Source of the DNA: Mizuhopecten yessoensis
Taxonomy: Eukaryota
DNA length: 64,000 nucleotides
Direction: 5' to 3'
Assembly: GCF_002113885.1 (NCBI RefSeq)
Contig: NW_018408154.1
Coordinates: 906,929-970,928, forward strand
The notes below the pieces were generated by a model, which was not told where the DNA came from, searched no databases, and saw only the letters and a list, made by a program, of their open reading frames with translations. Position numbers and translations under genes: made by a program. Within the stretch, counting starts at the first letter, position 1; the number at the start of each line of letters is the position of its first letter. This document shows positions 38,820-50,700 of the stretch, piece by piece.

Positions 38820-40544
38820 ATGGCGTGGTTAAACGTTTTGCAGTCTGTATTCATGCTTCCGTTCATGGCGGGTTACGCGAAGGCAGGACGGAATCGACCT
38901 ACCCATCTTGATGGGACAACCTCTGTTATTGTCTTCAGCACATTCCTCTTCTCCTTCATTCTTCTGATTGCGAAAACAATGACAGGTACTAACGAAACTG
39001 TATTTCATTGTCGCGGATTCCATGTAATTTTGTCCAGTATTGCCTTTATTGGCGTGCTTTCCTATATTATACTGATCATTACTCTCAGACTCAAGGGCTT
39101 CAGCAGCTTATTGGAACAACGAACCGCACGTAGCACTTCTGGTGTCCATATCATCTTCCTCTGGATGTTTGGGGTTGCATCCGTCGTCTTTTGTATACTG
39201 AATACAGGCCGGCTGATAGAATGTGAACTTTCGCTGGAGTCCAATGTCGTTTCAGATGTTAATCTGATGGAATGTGCTTATTATGTAGCCATGGCGCTGT
39301 TCCTCTTAATACAGATGATGGTACTGACCTATCTGATGCCTTTTAAGTTTAGAAGCTCTTTGCGACTTCAATACTTGATTCTGATAATCATATCCACAAA
39401 TTTATCGATGTGTGCTTACAGTTTTAGAGATCGTTACCTCGGAGATATGTATGTAGGTAATGGCACATGGATTGTTCTCAATTGCACAAATCAAACATTT
39501 TCACAAATGCTTGATGTTTCTAACAAAGTCCTCACTCCAACGTTTTTGGAATGTTCCTTCCTATCGATAACAATTATTATGAACATGTCATCTAAATGGA
39601 ACACAGACAACACCATAAATGACAACAACGAACTAACCGTCGTTATTGCATCTAGTGACAGTGTATCAGATACTAATGTCGACAACCCCGTTTCTTTTGA
39701 ACGCAGGAGATCACAATTATCAGGCGAACATAACAACGACACTGAATACGATGACAACTCATCCGAATCTAATCCAAGGACACCCTTGTTGTCTAATTCC
39801 CAAGTATCCAGACGTGGATCAAACTCGGCTCCTGGTTGTCACACTGGCGTCAAACCTAACAAAGAACGTTTAAAGCCGCTGTTGTGGTACTACGCTAGCG
39901 TGTTGTTCTCCTGGATACTCGGCATCGCTGTTTTGATAGTTTACATAGTACAAATTACCAGTGAAAGCACCGACAGAGGTATGTTGAACGCTCGGGATGT
40001 GTGCGAGACACTTGCTTCATGTATGATGGCCGTATATGTACATGCAGGATTTTATCTCCTGTCAAAACACACTCGGCCAAAAGCTGACGTTGGCCCTGTT
40101 TCCGGAAGTGAATATATCTTCATTATATCATCGATCGGGGCACTATTTTCATGCGTTTTTAGCGTATTGAGTTTTATACACTTTGCTCCTACCTTCTATA
40201 AGGTGCATGTAGCGTCTCGTGTAATCATAGGAGTCATATCATACACACAGACCGTGTTTATTCTACATGCAAAACGCTGCAGAAGGAAACGCACGAATGA
40301 GAACATTTCGTCCCTTCGTTCAGTGATGTTGCTGCTCGTTATGTTCAATTTTGTTTTCTGGATTGTCGAAAGTTTTATTTATGGCGGATATTACAATGTG
40401 AAATATATGGAAAGAAAATACCTCGGTCCTGATTTGTGGAACATCCGAGTCGGCATATGTCATCCCCTCTATATGTACTTTAGTTTTACTTCAGCATTGG
40501 AAATGTACAACCTATTCCAACAATTCTCAGCTAAACAATTATAG
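38820..40544 (+). CDS. Otop: Otopetrin-like protein, paralog C (574 aa, more divergent)
   Basis: Same N-terminal RNRPxHLDGTTS motif and 12-TM layout; PTFLECS, YTQT, FNFVFW, CHPLYMYFSFTS; longer central loop. Confidence 0.78.
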   Translation: MAWLNVLQSVFMLPFMAGYAKAGRNRPTHLDGTTSVIVFSTFLFSFILLIAKTMTGTNETVFHCRGFHVILSSIAFIGVLSYIILIITLRLKGFSSLLEQRTARSTSGVHIIFLWMFGVASVVFCILNTGRLIECELSLESNVVSDVNLMECAYYVAMALFLLIQMMVLTYLMPFKFRSSLRLQYLILIIISTNLSMCAYSFRDRYLGDMYVGNGTWIVLNCTNQTFSQMLDVSNKVLTPTFLECSFLSITIIMNMSSKWNTDNTINDNNELTVVIASSDSVSDTNVDNPVSFERRRSQLSGEHNNDTEYDDNSSESNPRTPLLSNSQVSRRGSNSAPGCHTGVKPNKERLKPLLWYYASVLFSWILGIAVLIVYIVQITSESTDRGMLNARDVCETLASCMMAVYVHAGFYLLSKHTRPKADVGPVSGSEYIFIISSIGALFSCVFSVLSFIHFAPTFYKVHVASRVIIGVISYTQTVFILHAKRCRRKRTNENISSLRSVMLLLVMFNFVFWIVESFIYGGYYNVKYMERKYLGPDLWNIRVGICHPLYMYFSFTSALEMYNLFQQFSAKQL

Positions 40545-41276
40545 TTACAAGACAATACCATGCAAATGAGAAAGTGACAGAATATAATGTCATAACATTC
40601 TTTCATGAAAGATTCGATGAATATAACAGTCGAAATACGTTGTTACTGTGTTTACCAAGTCGGTAGTTTTCTTTGGTGTTGTTTTCAAATGGGTTAAATT
40701 AAGCATATGTTGTTGACTGGTTTATTTATAAACTATTTCCGTACATATTCCTGATAACGCGTTACTAGGAAACTTATAACCTGTTGTGCATAAACTATGG
40801 CATATGTGAATTAAAGATTGTATTTTATTTGTTTGCAGTATCGATTTGGACTGTTTGATATCATAAACATATATTACCTAGCTAAGGAAATACACAAAAT
40901 CGTGCTTTATAAGGAGAAAATTGCAGACTTTAGATCAAAATAGTATTTTATCGTTTATGAAAAATGTAAATAAATAATCTGCGTATTCTTTATCGCCTCT
41001 GATTATATTTGTAAATAAGAATCCATCATGGCTGTTCATGCGATAACATTTTGCTTTGGATATTCGCCAACTATTCATAGAAAATATCAAGATATAATGT
41101 ATGTGTACACAGGAGTATAACTTTTTTGAAACTTCCCTGAAAAACCACCAACAAACATACCCTCAATAGGCTGTCAACAAATATCATTATATATGATGGA
41201 AATTACATTCTCACGATAACCTTGCAACTTTATACAAATCCATTTTGGATGTAACAGCAAATTGGTTGTTTATTAT

Positions 41277-41445
41277 ACAATTATGGGCTTTTGTGCTGGT
41301 GAATATGATGTGATATGAACCTGAAAGAGTGATATTGACTGAGGCGAAGCCTAGGTCAATATCCCTCTTCGAAGCCTAGGTCAATATCACTCTTTCAGGT
41401 TCATATCACATAATATTTACCAGCACAAAAGCCCATAACTGTTTT
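41277..41445. mobile_element. Long palindromic terminus of a non-autonomous DNA element (probably extends to about 41905)
   Basis: Arms of about 63 bp (ttatgggcttttgtgctggt...gtgatattgac / gtcaatatcac...accagcacaaaagcccataa) around a gaggcgaagcct loop. Confidence 0.75.
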
Positions 41446-43748
41446 ATTATATGCTTCAACAATAAAACTAAACTAAACTAAAGGTTCTGATTTTTGTACT
41501 CGAGCCACCGTGTAAAATTTAGCCAGGTTTGAATACAACAGTACAGCATTGTAGCTTTCGAAGGCATCGTCTAGATTCTTTTTCTTAAGATAAGCATGGA
41601 GGACATGCACTGCGTGTTCAATAGCCTTTTTTTTACGTTAACAGCATCTTTATCCTCGGAATAGTTTTGGTAATTTTCCTAACGGAGGAGAAACGTTCGC
41701 CAGCAGCCATCTTCTAATGTCGTCTGACACATCGCATTCCAGTCTAACTGCGCATGCGCTACGACAGGTTCCGGGGAATTTCCATACAGGCTATATTTAG
41801 AAATCGATATTCACCAGATAACCAGTCTACATGAGTTTTTGAGGACTGGTCACGTGTATAGGATCCGACCAATGTGATTGCGAGAAATGTTCATGCATAG
41901 AATAACATTGTTTAATATACTATAGCTTATTTTTTCCCCTGATAATTATTGCTATCAACGTAAGTTTGATGGACAACAGAGTACGTGTACCGAGCTACTT
42001 ATAGGTGCTTGTTTTTTACTACTGACTGATAACTTGTTATCTATTATAACGTTTACCGTCAGATATTGAGGCCCTTATTGTTCCGTTCACTGATCAGATG
42101 TTATCATGATAACAAGGAAGCTATGACCGATGTCACACTTGACATATTGTTTCCTTATGAAATACGTTCAATACTTCTTAATGTATACATTTAGTAAACT
42201 ATTGTCATACATTTTTTTTTATTATTATTATTTTTTTTTTTTATTATTCTACAACATTGATATCAAGGAAACCAAGGTATTATCTGTTTTACACACAAGG
42301 AAAATATTTTTCGGTATTGATGAATCATGTCGAAAGAAAACAATATTAACCAGCCAGTCATGACATTAATTGGCCCCGTATAGCTGAATACTCGTAGTAC
42401 GTCATTTTAAACAGGGAAAATAATAAAGAATCATTGATATTTTTTTTTAAAACTTCAACTACCTATTAAGCTACATTGTAACATTATAAATAGCTTCATA
42501 CACAATAACACTTGTAATTCAAAAAGGTACGGCCGGTTAAGAGTTGTCTGTAATAACTTGGCTTGTCGGTAAATTAGTTAAAGCATCATGCATATGTAAA
42601 GAATAAACTATTCCTCGTTTCGATAGTGTAAATAAATATTTCCTGAAATCGTCAACTGATTAGCAATTAATTCCTGTTTATTGACTTAAAAAGCTGATTA
42701 GCAATTTATCGCCAATACTTTTGTAACAAGATAACTAAAGCAGACAACGAACAGCTGTAAACAATCTGGACAAAAACCCGTATAATGAAAGGGCACTTGG
42801 AAGGACAATGCCGAATACCTACTACGAGGAAGTAACGATTAGTAGGTCTACCTTCTTTGGCCTGCATTCACGAAACCGAGTCTATGTTTAAGCTAATTTG
42901 CTGAATCCATACATTCGTACGTTTCTTTGGATGGGAACAAGAACTCAACTTTGTGAGTTGCTAGGCACTTTCATAGTACGATGTAACAGGACCTTGTTAA
43001 GGCTACTGTGTGACTTGACGTACATGTATGATGAATTGGAATACTTACAGCTAGGTTGTGATTGTTTGTCTTGACCTATTCTCTCGTACACATTAACCAT
43101 GTCTTAATAAATTGTTACAACTAATTCTCGTCTACTTGTATTTAATTTCTGTAAAAGGGCCTCACTGAAAACTTAAGCATCGAATAAAATAATATATATA
43201 CTCGGATCTTTGAGAATTAAAATAATGATTTATAAATGCACGATGGTAATCCTTATTTTTGCACATACACACATACCTATACTAATACAACTAAGAGAAT
43301 GGCATCGATGAATCATACACTTTTATACAAAATTAAATCAACAAACTTTTAGTATGCTATAACAATGCAGAAGGAAATATTCCTTAACTAACCTTTTACA
43401 GCTATTGCCTATTCCAATTCTCTAGCCGACTCAGCTTTTTGGCAATTACTCAATATTTACACAAAAAAATAAGAATTATACATTTTTTTTTTATTCTCGC
43501 TGATTCATATGATATCTATTTGATCGAATTCTAAGTAAATTCGGGTGTCAATTAACAAAACGACCAAACCGCTAACATGAGGCGTCACTGTGGTGAACTT
43601 TTGTTGAATATGAAAAGAGAAATCGGAGAACATAAGTCGTCCATGAGACAGGAAGAATTGGTGGTAGTTTATGAATAATACCGAGTTCTCCAACATTGTT
43701 TTTGTTTAAGATAAAATATATATAAAAAAAAAACCCAACGTGTATTGT

Positions 43749-44507
43749 AACTAGAATTTTGTTTTTGTTCACAAAAACATATGTCTCCCCTTATTAGCCA
43801 ATAGATAAACTTCGGTATACAAAAAAAAACTAACAAAGGGCCATATCTCTTTACATAGGGGGGCACAAGACCCGAATTAAGAATGCGACACTCCTACTTT
43901 CCAAGATACATTAAAACTATAGCAAGTTTGTTCAACGTAGGTGAAATAACATGGAAGTGATGCCGTGGACAAACTTCGGTATTAAAAATAAACAAAGGAC
44001 CATAACTGTGTATACAGTGGAGCACGAGACCTAATTCCAGTGCACTGCACACCTTCTGTGGGTGATGCAGTTACACTTCAAGTTTGATTAAGATATCTTT
44101 AATGGTTTAGAAGTTATGCCGCGGACAAACTTCGGTATTACAAATAAACAAAGGGTCATAACTCTGTATATAGTGGGGCATAAAACCTGATTTAAGTGCG
44201 AGAGATTCCGCCTCCCCAAGATACATTTTGGTCAACTTAGATGTTATAACATGAATAATATGCTCCTGACTAACTTTGGTAAACGAATTAAACAAAGGGT
44301 CATTACTCTGTATACAGTGAAGCACAACCTAATTCCAGTGCACTGCACACCTTCTGTGGGTGATGCAGGTGTAGTTCAAGTTTCATCAAGATATCTTTAA
44401 CGGTTTAAAAGTTATGGCCCGGACAAGTTGCGATAAGAAGAACCAGAAGAAGAAGAACCAGTACTAATACAATATGTCTCCCTTCATTCGAAGGGGAGAC
44501 ATAATTA
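43749..44507. mobile_element. Second Helentron/HINE-like element
   Basis: Subterminal atgtctcccc at 43781, internal repeats containing ggacaaacttcggtatt / aacaaagggtcataactct, (gaa)n tract, terminal hairpin atgtctccc...gggagacat at 44474-44502. Confidence 0.75.
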
Positions 44508-44550
44508 ACACTCCTTACACCTTTCAATCCGGCGTTGATAGAGGCTTCTA

Positions 44551-44758
44551 TTACCAACAGTCTATTTGTTCCTGTAAACTTTGGGGGAGTCTGACATTAC
44601 AAAAGTCGTCATTCCAGAAGTTTTCAGGAAGATCTGAAGATGGCACGATTTCTTCGTCGGAGATTAATCTCACTGTACAGTTTCTAAGAAGGGTTTCCAA
44701 ATCAAACGGTGCCTGCTTTTTTGAAACAGCGTCGTTACTCATTACCCCGTCATATGCT
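44551..44758 (-). CDS. Terminal coding exon of the ANKRD31-like gene
   Basis: tttctag|A acceptor; ends ...VRLISDEEIVPSSDLPENFW...IDCW*. Confidence 0.82.
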
Positions 44759-47700
44759 CTAGAAATAGAAGAAAGATAATTGTAAACATTTTTAATTTTA
44801 AATTTATATATATATTAATGCAAAAGTTATTACAAAATATTTTATCCTCTTGTTTTTTCCCTTTTTTCTACAATTTAGAATAAAAAAAGATTTCTGTTAG
44901 CTGTAAGAGAAAACAAAGTGCTGACAGAATTCAAAAATACTTCAAGGAATAAGTTTTTGAATCCTGCGTTTGTAACTATATTGTTTCCTCCAAATGTCCT
45001 CACCTTCATGATAAACTTCACCAGAATACTCAAAACAGTCAATTATTTATCACCTAACAAAATCCCTGAAGCTATTCAGTAGATGCAAATTCTGATATAA
45101 TCTGTTTTCTTGCTTTGTTTTTGTTTGTTTCTGTGATAGTAAAAGAGATACATTAATATGAATAGAGAAACCCAGCTGAACCGATTGGTGCCTAATTGAA
45201 TTGTAACTTTGTTATAGCAATAACCAGACGAGATAGAACTGCGCACTTCTTCGTGTTAGGAGCTCACCTGTTACTCTCTGGTTCCTCGTTAGCCTTGGTC
45301 AAATCTGCGATATATAATCAAAGCAGGATTCTTGATACGTGAAGCAATCAACCATGAATAGTTGTACAAATTTGCTTAAATACTTCCGTTATATATCAGA
45401 TCAGTATGTATTATTCATCAAAACACTATCACTGATAAAACGAAGAAAGCAAATAAAGTTTCATTGTAGTTCTGAAATGTTCGAAAGTAAAACCAAATCC
45501 AGTCGGTTGTCTATTTCTTTTTTCGTATCGGGATTTTTTTTTTAAATATTTATTTTGAATTGTCGCATCAACGTTTGATATCTACTTCTTCATAGAAAGT
45601 AACAACATTTGGAATACTTAAGTAATGTAACATACATAACGCTTGACATAGATTAAATATGACTTAATTAGAACAAGATTACATACCTATTACAGACGTA
45701 GGACCTGGATTGACAAAGGTCAGCAGTGGTTGACCATGATAGAAAACCTAGCAAACAACAATTTATAGCACTATATCAACAAACTCCAAATAATATAACA
45801 AAGTATTACATTTTTCTTGGCACTTCCAAAACACAAACATATTAATAAGTCAGACCTAAAAAAACTTAATTTCTAAGAAATTTACGCTCATCCATTATTA
45901 CATGTTTCAGCCCATAGAGTTCTGTTTTATGTTAGGATTGCATATGGGTTTATCTTAGATCATTATTGACTGACATGCTCTCTCGGATTTGTCAGGAAAC
46001 ACTTCGTAACACATCAACATCATGTATCACAAAGTGCGTGAACCGCTCACCCTAACACATGTATCACATAGTGCGTGAACCGCTCACCCTAACACATGTA
46101 TCACAAAGGGCGTGAACCGCTCACCCTAACACATGTATCACATAGTGCGTGAACCGCTCACCCTCACTCATGTAACACATAGTGCGTGAACCGCTCACCC
46201 TAACACATGTATCACAAAGTGCGTGAACCGCTCCCCCTCACTCATGTAACACATGTATCACAAAGGGCGTGACCCGCTCACCCTAACACATGTATCACAT
46301 AGTGCGTGAACCGCTCACCTTAACACATGTAACACATAGTCCGTGAACCGCTCACCCTAACACATGTATCACATAGTGCGTGAACCGCTAACCCTAACAC
46401 ATGTATCATATAGTGCGTGAACCGCTCACCCTAACACATGAATCACATAGTGCGTGAACCGCTCACCATAACATGTATCACATAGTGCGTTAACGGCTCA
46501 CCCTAACACATGTATCACATAGTGCGTGACCGCTCACCCTAACACATGTAACACATAGTGCGTGAACCTCTCACCCTAACACATGTAACACATAGTGCGT
46601 GAACCGCTCCCCCTAACACATGTATCACATAGTGCGTGAACCGCTCACCCTAACACATGTATCATATAATGCGTGAACCGCTAACCCTAACACATGTATC
46701 ACATAGTGCGTGAACGCTCACCCTAACACATGTAACACATAGTGCGTGAACCGCTAACCCTATCAGAGCATCTGGATATGAATTTAAATATTTAAATTAT
46801 CGCAGAATGACGTAAACCGCAAACAGGCCTTAGATCCCAGTAGGGGGTCGACAATGACGAGTACTATCCGTATTTTCTCATCTCCTGCATGGGAAAATTT
46901 TCGGAGCAAAAGTACAGAAAATGCGTTAGAAGTGTTTGGTATATTGATGCTTACCTTCCCCCTAGTCTTTAAAACTCTGGAGGAACGGAATGTAAACTGT
47001 ACGAGGAAAGATAGTCAAGAGGATTCACCACAGATGATATGTTTATAAAATGAAAATACCCCGTACCTCTCTGTAAGCTCGACTCTTTTTCACCAGTACG
47101 CCATCATTGACAGCGGAGACCCACTGGACAGGGGTTTTAAACACTTCACCTCCATGTCCTCTTATCAACCCAGAGTGCAAAAGGCTCCCGATGTACCGAC
47201 CATTCTTCTAAAATGAATAAATAAATATTCAATAAATAAATAATCAACATACTTATCAATACGAGGAAACACAAAGTTAACAGACAGTGAACGTATTCTT
47301 TCCTATTGGTAACAGCCTAGTTAGTAACCACGCAAAATCACGACAACAAAAAAGATCATGAAATTAGAATTGTGTGACTCAGGAAAAGTTGAAACGTATA
47401 GAAATTCGAACATGTCTCCTAAGTTTTGAATTTTGTAGCATACAAATGACCATTTCACCCGAATTTTTAGCAATAAATTACACATGATATTTTACGAATA
47501 CACCCAGATCTCCATTATCTATAACAAATAGTTTACCAATATTTCCTTATCTTTAGCATGTGCTGCACATAATTGATTGATACACAATCGTCTGTAATTT
47601 ACAGATAAACTCTAGTCTGTAGTATTGTACCATACACGATTTAGACCTAATATTTACCATTTAATCACATAAACATACAGAAATGTACCAATACACTATT

Positions 47701-50700
47701 ATCTGTATTAATTAACAAATCACTATTTAACAAAATTCCGTATTTTTTTATCATTTTACAACACATTATTACCAACACTTACATGTTATTGCTTATGTCC
47801 AACACTGTTCTGTATGAGGTTAGTCCTTGTAAACAATAACAACACTGTTCTGTATTAGGTTAGTCCTTGTAAACAATAACAAGACACACACTGTACCTTA
47901 GATTCTGTGACAAGGCAATCATTTTCAGGCACGAGAGCACCGCGCTCTATCAGAGTTCTAAGAGGTGGATATTTTGTCTGTACCGGAATGCTGCCATTCT
48001 GATCAGACTGCTCCTGTGTAGTATCATAAACTGACTTTGATTTATTCAAAGTGTACAAAAAAGACGACACATACATAAATACATGCAGTTACAGTGAACA
48101 TTATTGTTGTTACTTTTTTAACGGCTCTTCAACACATAAGAGATCAGTAGGGCAAATAAATGGTCGATTAAATTAGTTACAGTAAATGGCATCAGACAAA
48201 CGATCAAGTATATCAAGAGTGGCTATGATTAGTTGCATCTTTTGATTAGACCAACAGTTTTCAGGTAATCTAGGATTATAGAGATATTTGCTTTTGTTAA
48301 AAAAGAGATTTGATAGATTATAAGAAAGGTTTTTCGTGCTGGCTGAAGGTCGATGCAATCTAATAATGATAAGTGTTTTGCTTTAAATGGTTCGTGACAA
48401 GCTATGCATTGATGCTGGTCATCGGGTTTCAATAAATAAGAATGGGTCATGTATAAATGTCCCTTCCCAATACGGGCAGGGCCAACCTCGTCAGGGCGGC
48501 CTTTTCTATAGCTAATAACCATTCTCCAACTACAGGTTTTATAAAGGAGGTTACCTTTCCGAACAGTCCAAGACACAACAAAAAGTCACAAGGCAAATTT
48601 ACCTCACTTACCCGGAACTCCTCCGCTGTTGTCCTTTGATCCTCTTCGATATGTTTGGTGTAAGGACCAATATGAGGCTTTAACACCGGAACAGGAACTT
48701 CGCATTCAATCTCCATCTTCTGACTTTCAGCTAAAAGTCGTCTTTGTTGTATTCTTCTATTGATTTCCGATGATTTGACTGGAAACACGTCGCTACACGA
48801 TGCAGTACTTGGTGATATGTTATCAACATCAGTGGTGTTCGGCAGAGGTGGAGATTTGAACATAGGACCGTGTGACATAATTTGATGCTGAGATGGAGGT
48901 GGGGAACTGGAATTTATAACAGAAGTGTTTGATTGTGGTTTTCTTAATGGCGGAGGAACTAAAATGACCTTGAGCTTTCCAGAGGTTTGCTTGATACCTT
49001 GATCTGGAGCGTTGGTCTTTGTATACAAGGTACGAATGTTTGGATAATTAACAGTCCGTGAAAATGTTTCTTTTGACGTCATATTCGGCAGTACATTTTT
49101 TGGCGTTCCATTGCAATCGAAGTGCTGAAATTAAAGATCAGATAATTAAAATATTGAATTATGTGTTGTCCATTACCAAACGCCAGCACTTCGCAAAAGG
49201 AAAAGTAAAAACAATAATTTATACATTATTTTATTATGTGTGATGCAAAATTTGTTGGAAAGAATGAGGAAAGATGGGTATTTTGAAACATACAGGCCAT
49301 TACACTCCAATACCTCCTACCTTTCAATGAGTTGTCTCCCGTTTTCTCTGTTCAAGATTCAAGATTTCTCTGTCATACCTAGGTTATGATTAAAAATAAT
49401 CTTCCCCTACCTTGAGCGTTTTATCTTACTCGAGGGTTGGAGATTTTTCTGTTATACCCTCAAGGTAGGGGATGACTATTTTTCTGCCGACCTATTATTT
49501 TAGCCACAACTCCAACGACAGTAACCTGCTTGTAAACAAAAACACATGTGGGGTATGAATATTGTCATTCGTTTTCGATGACGTCACAATTACCAGTGAC
49601 ACATATTAATGACGTCACAATTGAACACGTACTAATCGGCACGAGGCTATCCCCCCCCCCCCCCCCCCCCCTCCCTAAGGGGGTGACAAGCTGATCTTTC
49701 CAGGCTGAAACGGGAGACACAACTGTGAACGGTGAACTTTGTCACCCCCGTATAGTATGACAGATGACAGGCGTAAACAAACAATACTATTACGTCACGG
49801 AAACAATCAGACTTAACATCATAATCAGCTCTAGACGGGAGAAATCATGTTTAAATCAAGACAACAAAACAGATTACAGTTGCGTGTTGAAAAGTATTGC
49901 TTTTAAACTTTGTATTGAGAGGACGAAAGGAAAAATAATCATCCTCTACCTTAAGGGTGTAACAGAGATATCTCCTACCCTCGGGGTGATTATTTGGTTG
50001 TCTTACCCGAGACTCTGTCCTCGATGCCTCCTCCTCTACAGAACCCTACTGCTGTTGATAGCCCCTTGGGTTGGAGATGTCTCTTTCACATCCCCATGGT
50101 AGGGGGAGATTATAAAGTCCTGCACTACTGTTAATATAAACACAACTTTGTCACACTGATTGAAACATCCTTTTCACTAACCTGTCTATTCAATCCAGCC
50201 TTACTCATAGCAGTTAGCTTATGAGCTCGTGGAGAGGTCCCACCACGGTTAGAAACAGGAATAGGTCGGTTGTTCTGTGCTGGAGCAGGCCATTCCTCTA
50301 CATTGGCACTTGACTGTATTGTAAAACATTTCCCAACAAGATCACCTGGCTGTGCTGGAGTCTTAGACCTGGTCTCAACATGTGTACAGGACCCTAACGA
50401 AGATCTTTCTTCAATACAGGTACTTGGCTGTTCCGGGTCAAACGAATTAATCATTGAGGTCGTAATCGTTTTCTGACGAGGATGGGTTTGAATTACACTT
50501 GTTTTTTGTTGAAAAAAGGAGGATTCGACAAACGGGTTTGCCGAGACTGTACCAGTGCCGCCCTGTCTCGGCACCGGTCTTTCTACACTGCCATTTTCTA
50601 TCAAGGAACTATTGGCGAAGCTCTTTGTCGGCAGCGACATCTTTTCCGTGTTTTGGTTCACAGGAATGTTACTGGTATAACTAAGTAGCAAACTTTGTGA

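Noticed and set aside
29224-40544. GPCR, gustatory receptor or MFS transporter identity for the three membrane proteins
   Set aside because: 12 TMs with Q/N/EY and P...FxR signatures fit otopetrin; no DRY/NPxxY or MFS motif A.
48229-48576. Extra exon of the ANKRD31-like gene
   Set aside because: Matches a LINE ORF2 C-terminus, and the flanking exons 48612 and 48013 already join in phase.
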